Shown one piece after another: positions 38,901 through 51,239 of a stretch of DNA of 64,000 bases. The notes beneath the pieces are model-generated. The model was not told the origin of the DNA. It ran no database searches and saw only the letters and a list, made by a program, of their open reading frames with translations. This DNA comes from Azolla caroliniana. Taxonomy: Eukaryota; Plantae; Polypodiophyta. The stretch is taken from the NCBI GenBank assembly GCA_043228905.1, contig JBHGNT010000001.1:4030001-4094000 (forward strand), read 5' to 3'. The position numbers and the translations under genes were made by a program. Position 1 is the first letter of the stretch. Each line of letters starts with the position of its first letter.

Positions 38901-39874
38901 CAAATATTTCAGATAAGCTGCAATTGAAGCTAAGAGACGAGGGTGGCATTAGGGCACTTCTGAGCATGGCCAAGTCGAGGCATCCTGATGTCCTTGCTCA
39001 AGTTGCTCGAGGTATTGCAAACTTTGCAAAGTGCGAGTCTCGAGCAGCTGCTCAAGGTAGATCATTTATATAAGAAATTCTGGATAAATTGAATGCATAT
39101 TGGTCTATAGATATGTGTAATCATTCGTCCTTTTGGGGGGTTGGGTTTCACACAGGGTTAAAGAAAGGTCGATCGATGCTAATCGACGAGGGTGCCTTGC
39201 CGTGGATAGTTTTGAATGCTAATAATGACGTGTCACCCATCCGGCGTCATATCGAGCTGGCACTTTGCCATTTGGCACAGCAAGGTACTAAGTAATAAAG
39301 TAAGCTTTTAGATGGAGACAAAATCACATTTATGTCAATATATTGTGAGTCATTACAGGAATTCTGTCGTAATATTGTAGTTTGACAGTGCAGTGCAGTG
39401 CAGTATTTGTATTTGTTTATGTTTTGTACATAACATCTACATTTTGTATTCACATAGATTATTCTGTATTTATAGTTAGTACAATAATGTTGTATTTATT
39501 ATGTAATGCTGTAATTATAAAAGAAAGTTAGTAAATATTGGTGTAATAAAAAGAAGAAGATATATCTATCTATCTATATACTTTGTAGATAACACAGTTA
39601 ATATTTATTTGTCTTAGTTGAAAAGCTTGTAATTCATATTTTCATAGTACCATCCATATTATGAACTTGACTGTATTCATGCTTTCAGAAAAACATCTTT
39701 GTTTTTGTGGTATAGAAATGAACGTAACAGATTTGGTAAGTGGAGGGGCTTTATGGGAGCTGGTCCGCATTTCTAGAGTGTTCAAGAGAAGACATTAGGA
39801 TGCTGGCGCATCGTATGTTGGCCGGGAACTCTATATTTCAGGCTGAATTGAGACAGTTGCAAATAGTGCTATAG
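29967..39874 (+). CDS. ARK: Armadillo repeat-containing kinesin (ARK), ~19 exons; the last exon carries an apparent 2-bp frameshift (stop 39798 as assembled, 39874 in the conserved frame)
   Basis: [27 protein letters not shown]-loop GQTGTGKT, switch I SSRSHA, switch [40 protein letters not shown] coiled coil, ARM repeats ([15 protein letters not shown]-like, [50 protein letters not shown]). Confidence 0.95.
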
Positions 39875-41231
39875 AATGGAAGGTTGCAAATCACTGATCC
39901 TCTTGGCAAAAGAAGGTTCCTTTATATTAAATCAAGGTGCAGCAATTCTTCATCATGAAGATTTGTAATTGTTTTGTAATCATCATGGTGCATCGGTATA
40001 TCTTTTGTAATTGTTTTTTTATATTTCATCGTCAAAAGGCTTTTTTCACTTGTAAAGGTTTTTGCTTCCATGTGAAACAGTGGTGATGTATATTTTTACT
40101 GTAATGATTGAAAACTGAATGTTTAAGATAAAAAACCATTCATCCTATAATAAATTAGTTATATTGCAGTATGGTATATAAAAGCCCCTAGCTTCTTGGG
40201 GTGAACCGTCAGTTGTACAAAATATTGCAATTTCAACCATTGTTTGACAAAGAGACGTTAATATAATTTTCTTCTGCTTAATGTGTATTGTTGCTAATGG
40301 TGTTCCTCTTGTTCACTCTCTGTCACGACTGGTATAATTGTTACTAATTCTGTTGCAAACAATAAAATTAAACCTAAATGCAGTACTGATTCCCCCTATA
40401 CCTATTAAACATAAATACTTCATTAAAGTTAACTTTTCCCCTTTGTCGTAATGGAACATCAACCAAAGCATGTTTTCTCTCCCTCAAGAATACTGCAATT
40501 GAGTAACCTAATTTATTGGTTGCTTGAATTCCTACAGGCCTTCACATAATTTCTGGTGGAGGAATGATGTAAGAGAGTTTGCACCAAAAAGTGCTGTTGC
40601 TATCCCTCTTCTATAAAGCCCTAATTTCCAAACATTTATTTGTCGTTCAGCCCATGTTTGGAGATACATCCATTTCATGTATTCTGCTTCACATTTGTTA
40701 GACCAATCATCAAAATCAGTTACAGTGAATATTTACAGCTTATTTAGCCCTGAAAATTGAGAAAATAAGATTAGTCTTTCAAAATATCCTATATTTTGTT
40801 TTAGTGTTACTTGATTTACAGTAGAATTGGGCAAATCTCGTGCAATAGTCATTGAAATAGCCAAAATTATTCAGGATTGGAAAAAACGAGTTTGCATTAC
40901 ACATTGAAAATAGACCAGTTTAGATATAACTATGAATGAGCTTATAAGCAAAATGGTACTCTCTATCCCATAGGTGCATGGTAATATATAGATATTGTCT
41001 TTGCTGGTTGAGGGAGAGAGCAGGGCATAAAAAGACATCCGTCAACCTATGCTCATGTGGGGCAAGATTTAGTTTCGATTTTTTTGTTTAATGCCAAGCT
41101 TAGTTATGGTGGTGTGACTTCTTTTTCTATAGTTTTTTTATATGTTTTGTAAAACATATCAACTAGGTTCTGTCTATTCCATAGTTGATGTGTAAAAAAT
41201 ATATAACTTATAATTAGCATTATTACTGAAT

Positions 41232-44216
41232 TCACTTCAAGTTCTCTTTGCCACCTTCAATGTCTTGTGACCCAAATCCACCTTTGAGCAAAGACACATC
41301 TTCATCAGCATAATTGACATCTTTCATGATGGGAACAATCTTCAATGGAGATTGCTTTGCAGCCTCCATCGCCAAACTATATAAAACCATACCCAATACA
41401 GCCATCAACATGCCCATTATGTTCTTGAAAGTTAGAGTTGAGTCAAAAAGCATCCACCCTAATAGCAATACACACACTGTCTTCATATGTCCCAGCACTT
41501 GGAATGACACGGCAGAAAATCGGCCGATACATATATATTGGCTCAGATTGCAAAATACAGCCAATGCGCATGAGAGGCTAATAAAGAACTGCCCCAAAAC
41601 AAAATAAAGCAAAAAAATTTCATTTTGATCAGAAGATTTTTGTTTAAAAAAATGAGTAAATTTTTTTAAACATTCTATACAAGAAACCGAAAACAGCAAT
41701 TTGTTGTATGAGGAACTTACAATTGATCCAGGAGTGAACTGGAAATTCAAAAGACTTCTCCCATTCAATACATAATCACAAAATGGACCGAAGATGAGCA
41801 ATGATGCAGCTTGGATTGGAGCTGTCCGACTTAGGAGCTCAAATGAGCCAATGGAGAATTTTTTTTGGAAGGAGCCTATATACTGCAAGAAAATGGGTGG
41901 TTAAAAAGGAAGAAAGACATAGTTATTTTTATATTATTGTATCGGAAATACAAAATTGGGTTTAAGACATACAATCTGTTGCAAAGATGAGCATGAGACA
42001 GCAAATACTGCAGAAATGAAGCCCTTCAAGTTGATGTGCACATCAGTCACTGTGCAAACACCCACTCCAAAAACGACTATGAATACCGCTGCTTTTACCT
42101 CCCTCGTGTAAGTCTTGTTATGAAGTAACCATTCAAGGATACACACGACTGGTATCATGCTCAACTTCGATATCTGCATTCAGCACATTGCATATTTTAC
42201 TTCATACATTTCATTCATGCTAGCTAGTTAAACTCGAAATATCTATCTATGGATATTAATGAGCAGTTGAAGCAAAATATGCATTCATGTTTAGTTACAT
42301 CAAGTTATATGTATGGATGTTGGTTGCCACTCAGAAAGTATATGCATAAATGCCAATGGTGACACACACATTTATCAGCATGAATGTTTATGGCAATCAA
42401 AATCTGGTATGCATATCAATGCTTAATGATGCCCAAAATTATATGCATGAATGCTCATGGCACTCATATACTATATGCATGAATGTTTGATGAAACGCCA
42501 GTGATATACATGAATGTTTAATGTTAGTGACACAAATATGTGCCAAATTCATAAAACTTTATATAGTCAAAACAAACCTGATAGAATCCGACAGAGTTGA
42601 GCATAAGGCTCAGATTCATACACACAATTGAGGAATTCGCGATGAGCGAAAACCAGAAAAGGTCCCAGAAAGGGAGTGTCTTGTAGGGGGCATTGCTAGA
42701 CAATGCTGAGATGTAGCCCACCAGAGCAGTTACTGTGAAATGGAAGGCAGTTAAAGTGGTAGCTGCAGAAACAATTGAAATAAATTGTCAGCAACAATGT
42801 AAGTTTCATGATCTTGGAGTTGCTTGTTTTTCAAAATTGGAATTGATTTTCTTATTTTGACATATTCAATGTGCATGACCTCGTCGATTAGTTCTGGATC
42901 TCAGAATTAGTGGATTTGTGCAGTGCGTACCAGATAAAAGACACATGAGTGCGTACATGATGGGTCAACAAAAATGACATATATGTTGATAGGGTGAGAC
43001 AGATCCATGTAGGCAGCAGAAGCATAAACAGGCCTCAATTAGGTATCAATCTGCTCGGTGATGATGTCTTCCTTCACATCATAGATATTACAAATATCTA
43101 CAGTTACATTGCAATGAATGGGTATACAGTCGTGATGCTCGTATACTTGGATGACCAACATGTGAGGAGAAAAGAATGCATAGGTTGACAATGAGAGACT
43201 GATAATCCATGTATAAACATGCTTCCATTATAACATTTATAATGGGACTTGGGTTTCCCTCCTTGCATCACAACAGAAATAGATATATAGTTACATCCCC
43301 ATTGGAAGCCTCGAAACCCATTTATAAGCATGCAGTTCTGATCAATTACCATGCCTTGTTTTTGGCATCCATTGTGCAATACTTTTATGTTACATGAGCA
43401 TCTCAATTAATGACAAGGCAAAACCGAACAAAACAAGTCAATATCTTAGAAACAATAACTAAACTTGAATCTGAAGGGGACATGATTGATTAAGGTATAT
43501 TCTAATCTATTGATGTTACAGGCATGGCCATAATTTATTTTCTGGTAACTAGTCCCGTAGTATTTTACACATGAGGATAAAGTGTGAGGGTTAACCAAGA
43601 GTGTAAAGCGGGTTACCATGAGATAAATTATGGTCATGCCCATAACAATTGACAAGGCAAACTGAATGAAACAAGACAATCTAATAAGAAAGAATAACTC
43701 AACTTGAATCTGAATGGAACGTGATTGATTAATTTATGACAAAGCAAATCATGATCCGAGAAAGTGCATCAGTAACACAACGATGCAATGGGATTGCCAA
43801 GTGTAATGTAACAATAAATAAATTGATACGATGGAATCATCAAGGCCATTATAAAATGGACTAAACCAATGCAAGTATTTATGAAATGGCATATGCTGAA
43901 AAAAATACAATGAATAAATTTAGAAGCAAAACTTAGATGCAACCGAATGAGGCTGGTTGATGAAGGATACAATAGGTGCAATGGGATGATTGATTGATCG
44001 ATCAATTGATGAGGGTCAATGATTGATTAATTGACGATGGATGGATAATTGAAGAAGAATTAGAAAAAGAAGAATACCGAATTGAAAACCGTAGCCATGG
44101 GTAGACATGACCTGCTTGTTGGCCAGGATGATGCCCACAGAACTGAGTACATTCATGACCCATGCCCCTACATCTGACACTCCTCCTCCTGGTGCTGCTT
44201 TCTTCTCCGAAGCCAT
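41232..44216 (-). CDS. Golgi nucleotide-sugar transporter, URGT (UDP-rhamnose/UDP-galactose) type, TPT/DMT superfamily. Exons ~44216-44078, 42762-42578, 42173-41973, 41883-41721, 41589-41232
   Basis: VSDVGAWVMNVLSSVGIILANKQVM; FATTLTAFHF; MNLSLMLNSVGFYQISKLSMIPVVC; IGSFELLSRTAPIQA; SQYICIGRFSAVSFQVLGHMKTVCVL. Confidence 0.93.
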
Positions 44217-44348
44217 GTTTGTAATACTTATATAATTTTACCCTTTTGAAGATCTATTTTTCTCTTCACTGAAAACAGAGGAAGGGGGGAAACAGAGGAG
44301 AATGAAAAATGTGGAAACTGCCCACAACAGAGATGTGTGTGTAACATG

Positions 44349-44372
44349 TTGAGTGAGTGAGTGAGTGAGTGA

Positions 44373-44419
<47 letters not shown>
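44349..44419. repeat. Compound microsatellite (GAGT)n(GT)n(GA)n upstream of the transporter
   Basis: Directly visible. Confidence 0.9.
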
Positions 44420-44420
<1 letters not shown>

Positions 44421-45660
44421 CATGATGAAGGGGTTGTGTGAGGGATTGGGGTGTTGGGGTTTGAAGGCAAGAAAGTAGTGGAAAAACAAATTTTGAGTTC
44501 GGTAAAAAGGGGCATTTCAAACACATAAAAGTCAAGGCAGGCCATGCACACTCATTTTCTAGAGCCATCACACTACCTCAAACTAAGGTTGTTTGCGCGA
44601 GCAATAGTTAGTTCGAAAGAGATGTAAGGTCTCATAGGTCATATTTTACCTCCGAAGACGATAATATAATCTATGTATCTGGTTGTTTGTTTGTCTGTCT
44701 ATCTCTCTGCTTATCTATCTACATATCTATCTCTCGTGAGCTACGTTCTTGGCTTGTCCTTTGCACAAACATTTAGGGTCGATGATGCTTGCGTCGCGAT
44801 ACTATTGTTTTGGCTTTTTACCATCATGGCGTTTCAATCTCAATGCCTTCGCTAACTTGTCTTTCCTCTTATGTCATAGCATCACATACTTCTCATACAA
44901 GCATTCCCGTGTTATATTACTCATTTTCATGTTAGTCGGAGGTTGTTTTGTTTCTGTTATTTGAATCAACTTGAGACATATATAAGTATGTTATGTAAAG
45001 AGACTAGGCCACATTGACCAATGATAAGGTAAATTATCCCATAGGTTTCGAGAGGTATGAATAATAATCCCTTTTTCCACACAACAAATTGGAACCTTTT
45101 TCTATGCCTACAGGTTATACCAATGTTTTTTTATAGTAGTATATAATCAAAATTAAGCATATAATTACTTTTCCCTTCTTTTACTAATGGTGCATTTTAT
45201 ATTTCCTTTACCTATGACTCAAACATGATATATTACCTATGTTATTTGTTAACCTTATTTATATGCATATACTGTTATACATATACATTATAAATGATGG
45301 GAAACCTCAAAGCGAGGTCATGAAAATCCATGATATTAAAGGAAGCATAGTGAGATTATTAGTGTTTGTACAAAATTTCTAGTTTGTTGGTCATCCTTCT
45401 CTTGAATATTTTTGTAGGTTGTACAAGCATCCATATCATGTATCAAGAACATTTCGTACAATTATTATTATTTTGTTATCCTTGTGAAGGTTCAATATGC
45501 TAAGACACAAACATATAACTATAACACGGCATTGGGTTGTGAGAGCATCATAGGGTCACCAACTTTGCATGGCATAAAGTTGGGTGGGGCTTCAATGCAA
45601 GCTTGCCTATTGCTCATCATGTTGATTGGATACCACGTTTTATTTATCATATAGTTTGCT

Positions 45661-45900
45661 AAGAAGGATGAATCTTGGAGTTTGTGAAACTTTATACAAC
45701 GATTTTTAAGTATAAAAATGACAAGTCTCCCATTTAGACTCGATATGTCTAAAATTCAATTACGGTCACGGATATATTACAAAGAAGGATGAATCTTGGA
45801 GTTTGTGAAACTTTATACAACGATTTTTAAGTATAAAAAAGACAAGTCTCCCATTGAGACTCGATATGTATAAAATTCAATTATGGTCAAGGATATATTA
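45661..45900. repeat. Near-identical two-copy tandem duplication, 121-bp period
   Basis: aagaaggatgaatcttggagtttgtgaaactttatacaacgatttttaagtataaaaa.gacaagtctcccatt.agactcgatatgt.taaaattcaatta.ggtca.ggatatatta at 45661 and 45782. Confidence 0.95.
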
Positions 45901-48001
45901 TAAGGCATTGATGTGCACTTACGTATTCTTCACTTGATAGGTTGTGTACATTTATATTTGTAAGATTGGAAATCTCTTTCTTGGTCTTGGTTGTACAATG
46001 TGCGCACAAAGTCCTTTTTATAGTATCGACATGGATGCTCTTAAACTCAACTCCAAACCTTAGCTTCAAATGTTGCCATAGTTTTGTATGAATGATGGAA
46101 AAAGTGTAATTACCAAATCCTCAAAATATCGTGGGTGGGAAAAAATTGTGACTACTGAAGGCGGGAAAACATAACTCTCTCTTATGGCAATTCATTGTTC
46201 CATGTAATGTTATCAATGTGAAACTAGTGTTGAGGAATTGCATCACATTTTGAGAAAGTGGAGGAGACGCAAACTATTAATCTTGATGCTACACACACCA
46301 ATAACAAATGCATAACATCTCCCTTCCTTCCTCTTTTGGAAGGTTATTCTAACAAGGGCAAATCATGTCAACGACATGATAGGGGGGGGGGGGGGGGGTG
46401 CCTTCGGCTTATAAAAATGGTAACGACACCTCCTACATACAAAAGATTAGAGAGCTAACATGATAAAAATTGAAAAGACAAATGGCAGGGAAAAAGGGTC
46501 GTGGGCATGCCCATGCCCATGCCCACGAGAGTAGCTCTTAGCCCTCATGGTTGGTTTTGTGAAGGGAAAAGCACAAGAAATCCATGAGAGAAGGGTGCCC
46601 AGGTTCGGACATGGTGCAGATCAGTCCTCGATTCGAGTATGAAAAGAACGAAAAAGACAGAAAAAGAGAACAGAAGGAAAGGGTGTCGAACACATTCCTC
46701 TCGGGGTCCCGGTTCCTTTAATACAAAGACATAAGCGATGATTGACATGACAACGTGAGTAGAGAGAAGGGAAGAGACACAGAGTTTTTGTGAGGAGTCT
46801 CTTGTGTGTGTGTGTGTGTGTGTGTGTTGTTAAGAGGATACTATGATGATAGCTTTGGAAAGGGGGTCATTTGCAGGAAATACATAAATACTTTAGAAAA
46901 CGCGGAGGGGTAATTATGTAATTTAGCAAAATTGGAGCAGCTGCTTTTGTTTTTGTTTTTGTTTTTTTCGTTTTTTCTACCGGCAGCAGCAGAAAGAGAA
47001 GGGTTTTTGCTTGCTCTGCTCCGCTCCTCTGTTTCTGTAACACACGATTTCTTCCTGGTAAACTTCCTTTTCGTTACTACTCTATGGTGCTTGCTTGCTT
47101 GCTTTTTTTTTTACTTCACCTTCTTTCTTTCTTTTTCCCCCCATTCCCATTTCATTGGAGAAGAATGGCTTCTTCTTTTCTTTGTTGGCTTTTTACTATA
47201 AAGTATTCATTTTAAAGTTTCTCATTTTCTGGGAGGTGTGTGTGAGAGAGATACATATGAAGAAAAAGAGAATAACAGAAAACAAATGAGGTGAAATACA
47301 GAATAATAGTTTATACTGAAAAGAAACTGGAAGAAAAATTAGAAAGAAATAGAGAAAAGAGGACGAATTTTAAATAGGATATTTCATAGCTACAAAAATG
47401 GAAGAAGAACAAACAAGAACAAGAACAAAGAGAATAACAGTACACAGGAAAAAGGTCACAATGCTCTGAGAAAAAAGGGGTAAGAAGAAGGTGACACAAA
47501 ATAGGTTATGGAATAGATCTTATGTGTAAATTCAATCAATCGTGCCCCCTGGAGAATGGGAATGTCCTCATTTCCATGATCCCATTGGCTCATTATTCTA
47601 GTCACTCCTGCCTTTGTATAAGAGGGTTTCACAGTTGAAATTATTGTCTCACTAAGCTCATAAAAGATATGATCCACTGGTCAATTAATACTTCTAAGCA
47701 CACATTTATCACGCATCATGACTGCCTGCATTTTTAGTGGAGTTTTTATGAACTTTGTACATGCAATTCCCTTACCAGTGAATCAAACATATGTCTAGAA
47801 TGGGAACTTCAAATGCATCATAATTCATGAAGCAAGGTTGCAGCTTGTTTTCTATGTTGGGTAATATGCAATTTGGATGCTGCAACTTTCAATGTTGATG
47901 AAGAAATTGAAAACTACAATGTTGTATGCAGTGGGATCGATAGATAGAGAGAGAGAAATTAATTCGCAGGTTGGTGAAATCATCCAATCAAGATATTCTA
48001 C

Positions 48002-49463
48002 ATGACAAGCCACCCCCATTCTGTTATGAACTTCTCATCACTTTCCGGATCTCCAACAGGGCAACTACTTCACTCAAACCATTTTTCCAGTGTCTTTTCT
48101 GATTGTACACCAGAGCCAACACTGGATCTGAATTTCGTGCAGAAGTTTTCACAAAACAACCAGAGAGCTCAAAATGAGTTTGAACTGATCCCGAATTACT
48201 TGCATCCTCAAAATGAAGCTACCCAGAACCCACAAGTAGAGATTCCGCAAGAAGTTGTGTTAGAAGCCGGAATATTAAATAATGGAATGCAAGAAAAGCT
48301 GTCAAATAATAGTATGCAGGATAAGATGGCTATGGAGGTTGTTCCGAAAGCTACACAACGTTCACGGTGCCACTGGTCACATGCTGAAGTGATGGCCCTC
48401 TTTGATGCAAAGAAAGCTGAAGCAGATAAGTCTGATATTGAGATGCCTGGGAAAAAGGTTAAGTTTTCACAAGAAAGATGGGATGGAGTTGCGGAATTTG
48501 TGAAGACTAAAGGTTGTACTAAATCAGCTGCACAATGTAAGGACAAATGGGAGAAGATCTGGCCAATGTTCAGAAAGATTTTTGATTGGGAGAAACAAGT
48601 TTCTTCTGGAAAACCGAGTTATTGGACAATGTTGGGTGATGAGAGAGAGCATGAAGGGTTTCCTCGTGGTTTTGATAAAGAGCTATATGATGCGATGGCG
48701 GCTCGATTCGGGCTCATGAAATCAATGGACATATCATCTATTATAGTTGACTCATCAAATGAAGATTCAGGTATGCAAATTAGCTCATGTTGCTAAATGG
48801 AACAGAAAAACACCAAAATACCCTTAATTTCTCGGGTATTTGATTACAAAAGTTTAGTGCAAAGGGGTATTCAGGTCAGCTTTGATAATTTGGATATTCT
48901 GGGCATTTTATTAAAACTTTGGGAGAACTCTACTTAGGGAATTCAGAGAAATACCCGACAAATTATGGGGTATTTTGGTGTTTTGCGCTAAATTGAATGG
49001 TCTTGGTAGGCTTTTTGGAACTTACTTTTTATTGTGGATCTATTTTACGTCTGTTTTTTTTATAGTGGATTTGGCCACAGATTTTTGTAGTGAGCCAGTA
49101 GAAAATGACACTATAATATTTGAAGATAGTCCATCAGTAGATGATGATCAGATGCTTGTTTCATCAAGTAAGAAAAGGAGGGTTGGTAACTCTCCTAGGA
49201 CTACTAATCCAGTGAAGGTTGAAAGTAAGTCAGCTGTAGCAAAGGCTTCAAAAGATCCACCTTCCCAAAGCAAATCAGCTGAATTAGCCGAACGCAAGCT
49301 TTCTTTGGAGGAAAAGAAGGTAAGGTTGGCGGAGAAGAGGTTTTTCCTTGAAGAAAAAAAGCTGGAAGCCACTATCGAAATCGGCAAGGGATTGATTGCG
49401 TCTATGGAGAGAATGACACAAACCATTTCGAGCATGGGAGCCTTCACATCTAACGCTAAATGA
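48002..49463 (+). CDS. Trihelix (Myb/SANT-like) transcription factor with a C-terminal coiled coil. Exons 48002-48770, 49066-49463
   Basis: WSHAEVMALFDAKK...RWDGVAEFVKTKGCTKSAAQCKDKWEKIWPMFRKIFDWE...SYWTM...R..GFPRGFDKELYDAM is a trihelix domain; NLS-like KKRR; coil ERKLSLEEKKVRLAEKR...IGKGLIASMERM. Confidence 0.88.
48803..48986. mobile_element. Mutator-like MITE in the trihelix intron (~35-bp TIRs, ~11-bp flanking direct repeat)
   Basis: TIR aaaacaccaaaatacccttaatttctcgggtattt (48807-48841) pairs with aaatacccgacaaattatggggtattttggtgtttt (48949-48984); flanks gctaaatggaa (48792-48802) and gctaaattgaa (48987-48997). Confidence 0.75.
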
Positions 49464-51239
49464 AACAACCATTATTGGATTGAATGCTTTTCTTGCTCAT
49501 GGTTTTGTCAAGAAGCTGGAAAATGTGAAAAAAAATGGGGGATATAATTAAGAGAACTGAGGATTGTGCTGTATAAACCTTTTGTGTCATCTCTGGCATA
49601 ACAAACATCTCTTCTAAAAGAAACAGTTATATAATGAAGGCTATTCATTTTATATTATCAGCAACCTGCCATTCTAATCAGCAGGTTTGGTCTTTCTCTC
49701 TAAAGTGTACATATTCTCAAGTTTGTGCACTCCTCGACTAGTATATTTCAACATTGTCTATGCATATACCTACCTTTTATGTGTCAAGAACCCTCCTTTG
49801 ATCTTTTCTGTGGTTGAACCTATTGATGATTCTTGAAAGCAGATTTTGATAATTTAAAGCAGTAAAGTTACATGTCCATATGGTACTTTACATAGATTGG
49901 TTGAATCAAATTTATGAATATCTGTGCAGTCAATTGTTTTCATATCAATTCAGAACTTTGGGTTATGTATGCACAAACTGGATGGTTCTTGCAATATTCA
50001 CATGTTAGTAAATGGTATTTGTAAGGTATCTGTTGATAGCTACGCAGTCTCAAGCCTAATACACCGAAAATTACACCTAGATGGTCAACTGTATTGGTAT
50101 TTCTGCATATCATTGTGCTATGCAGCTGACTTTTGTATATTATCAATGCCATTGGAATATTCTGCCATATGCTTGTACGAGACTTGACCATCCTAATATC
50201 ATAGTGAAATGGTATCCCTTGTCAATGCTGCCACAAGATCAATAATTGTGGAGCTACATGTTTATGCACTCTTATTCACTAGGTAGGTAGCTTCATACTC
50301 CATAATTCAGTAAGAAATGACATTGTCTTTGAAGTTAACTTTTTACCAATAAGAAGTATGAAAACTTCTAGTTCAGTTCAATTCTTGCAAAGATGATTCT
50401 TAATCTGTTAAAATAAAGTAAATTATATTAAATTAGTGTTTCAACTTTTAAAAAATGTGTCATAACATCACCTAGAATAGATGAGTGTAAGGTCATTAAG
50501 TCATGCACCAAATAATATTGCCAATACTCACTATCAGCTATCTTTGGATGTAATAAAAGTGACAGAAGGTGGCAAAATCCATTATTACAGAATTCCATTA
50601 AATGTGAAAGAATAAAAAAGTATGGGATCAGAAAAAGACTATGTTATTATCAATTTACAATTGCCGAACTATTTAACTGAAAATAATACCATGGTAATTA
50701 GTTAATGGAAATATTCTAGGACTTGTGGACATTGAGAATTTTAAAGCAACTCTTCAAAAATGCTTACAACTTTACATGTTCTGGATGGAAAATTAAGACA
50801 GTGGATGATGTCCATTTTATGAACATCTCTCATTTATATAATCTTTTGCTAAAATATGTCAGTCCGCAGTTTCTCATTAATCATGGGGGGCAAAAAAAAC
50901 TTTGCCTGTAGCATTTGTTGCTTTACCATATATAAAGCATTTGAAATGTTTCAAAAATAAGCAGCAAAGCAATACTGATTACTATAGCTTTGGGCTTATG
51001 TTCGTCTGTTTATAACATTTACATTCCTTCACTTTGCGCCTGAACAAGGTATAATCTTTTAATAGAATTCCCTGAAGTATCACACCTCCACAGATCCTTC
51101 GCATATATTTTTGGGATAAGAACTTATATATACTTCTAATCATATGTGCATATGAAAATATCTTTGAAGTAGGAACCAGCTCATCATAAAACCCACGAAC
51201 ATTCTCATAGAACAAGAAAGGAAGGCACATTAACCAGTC

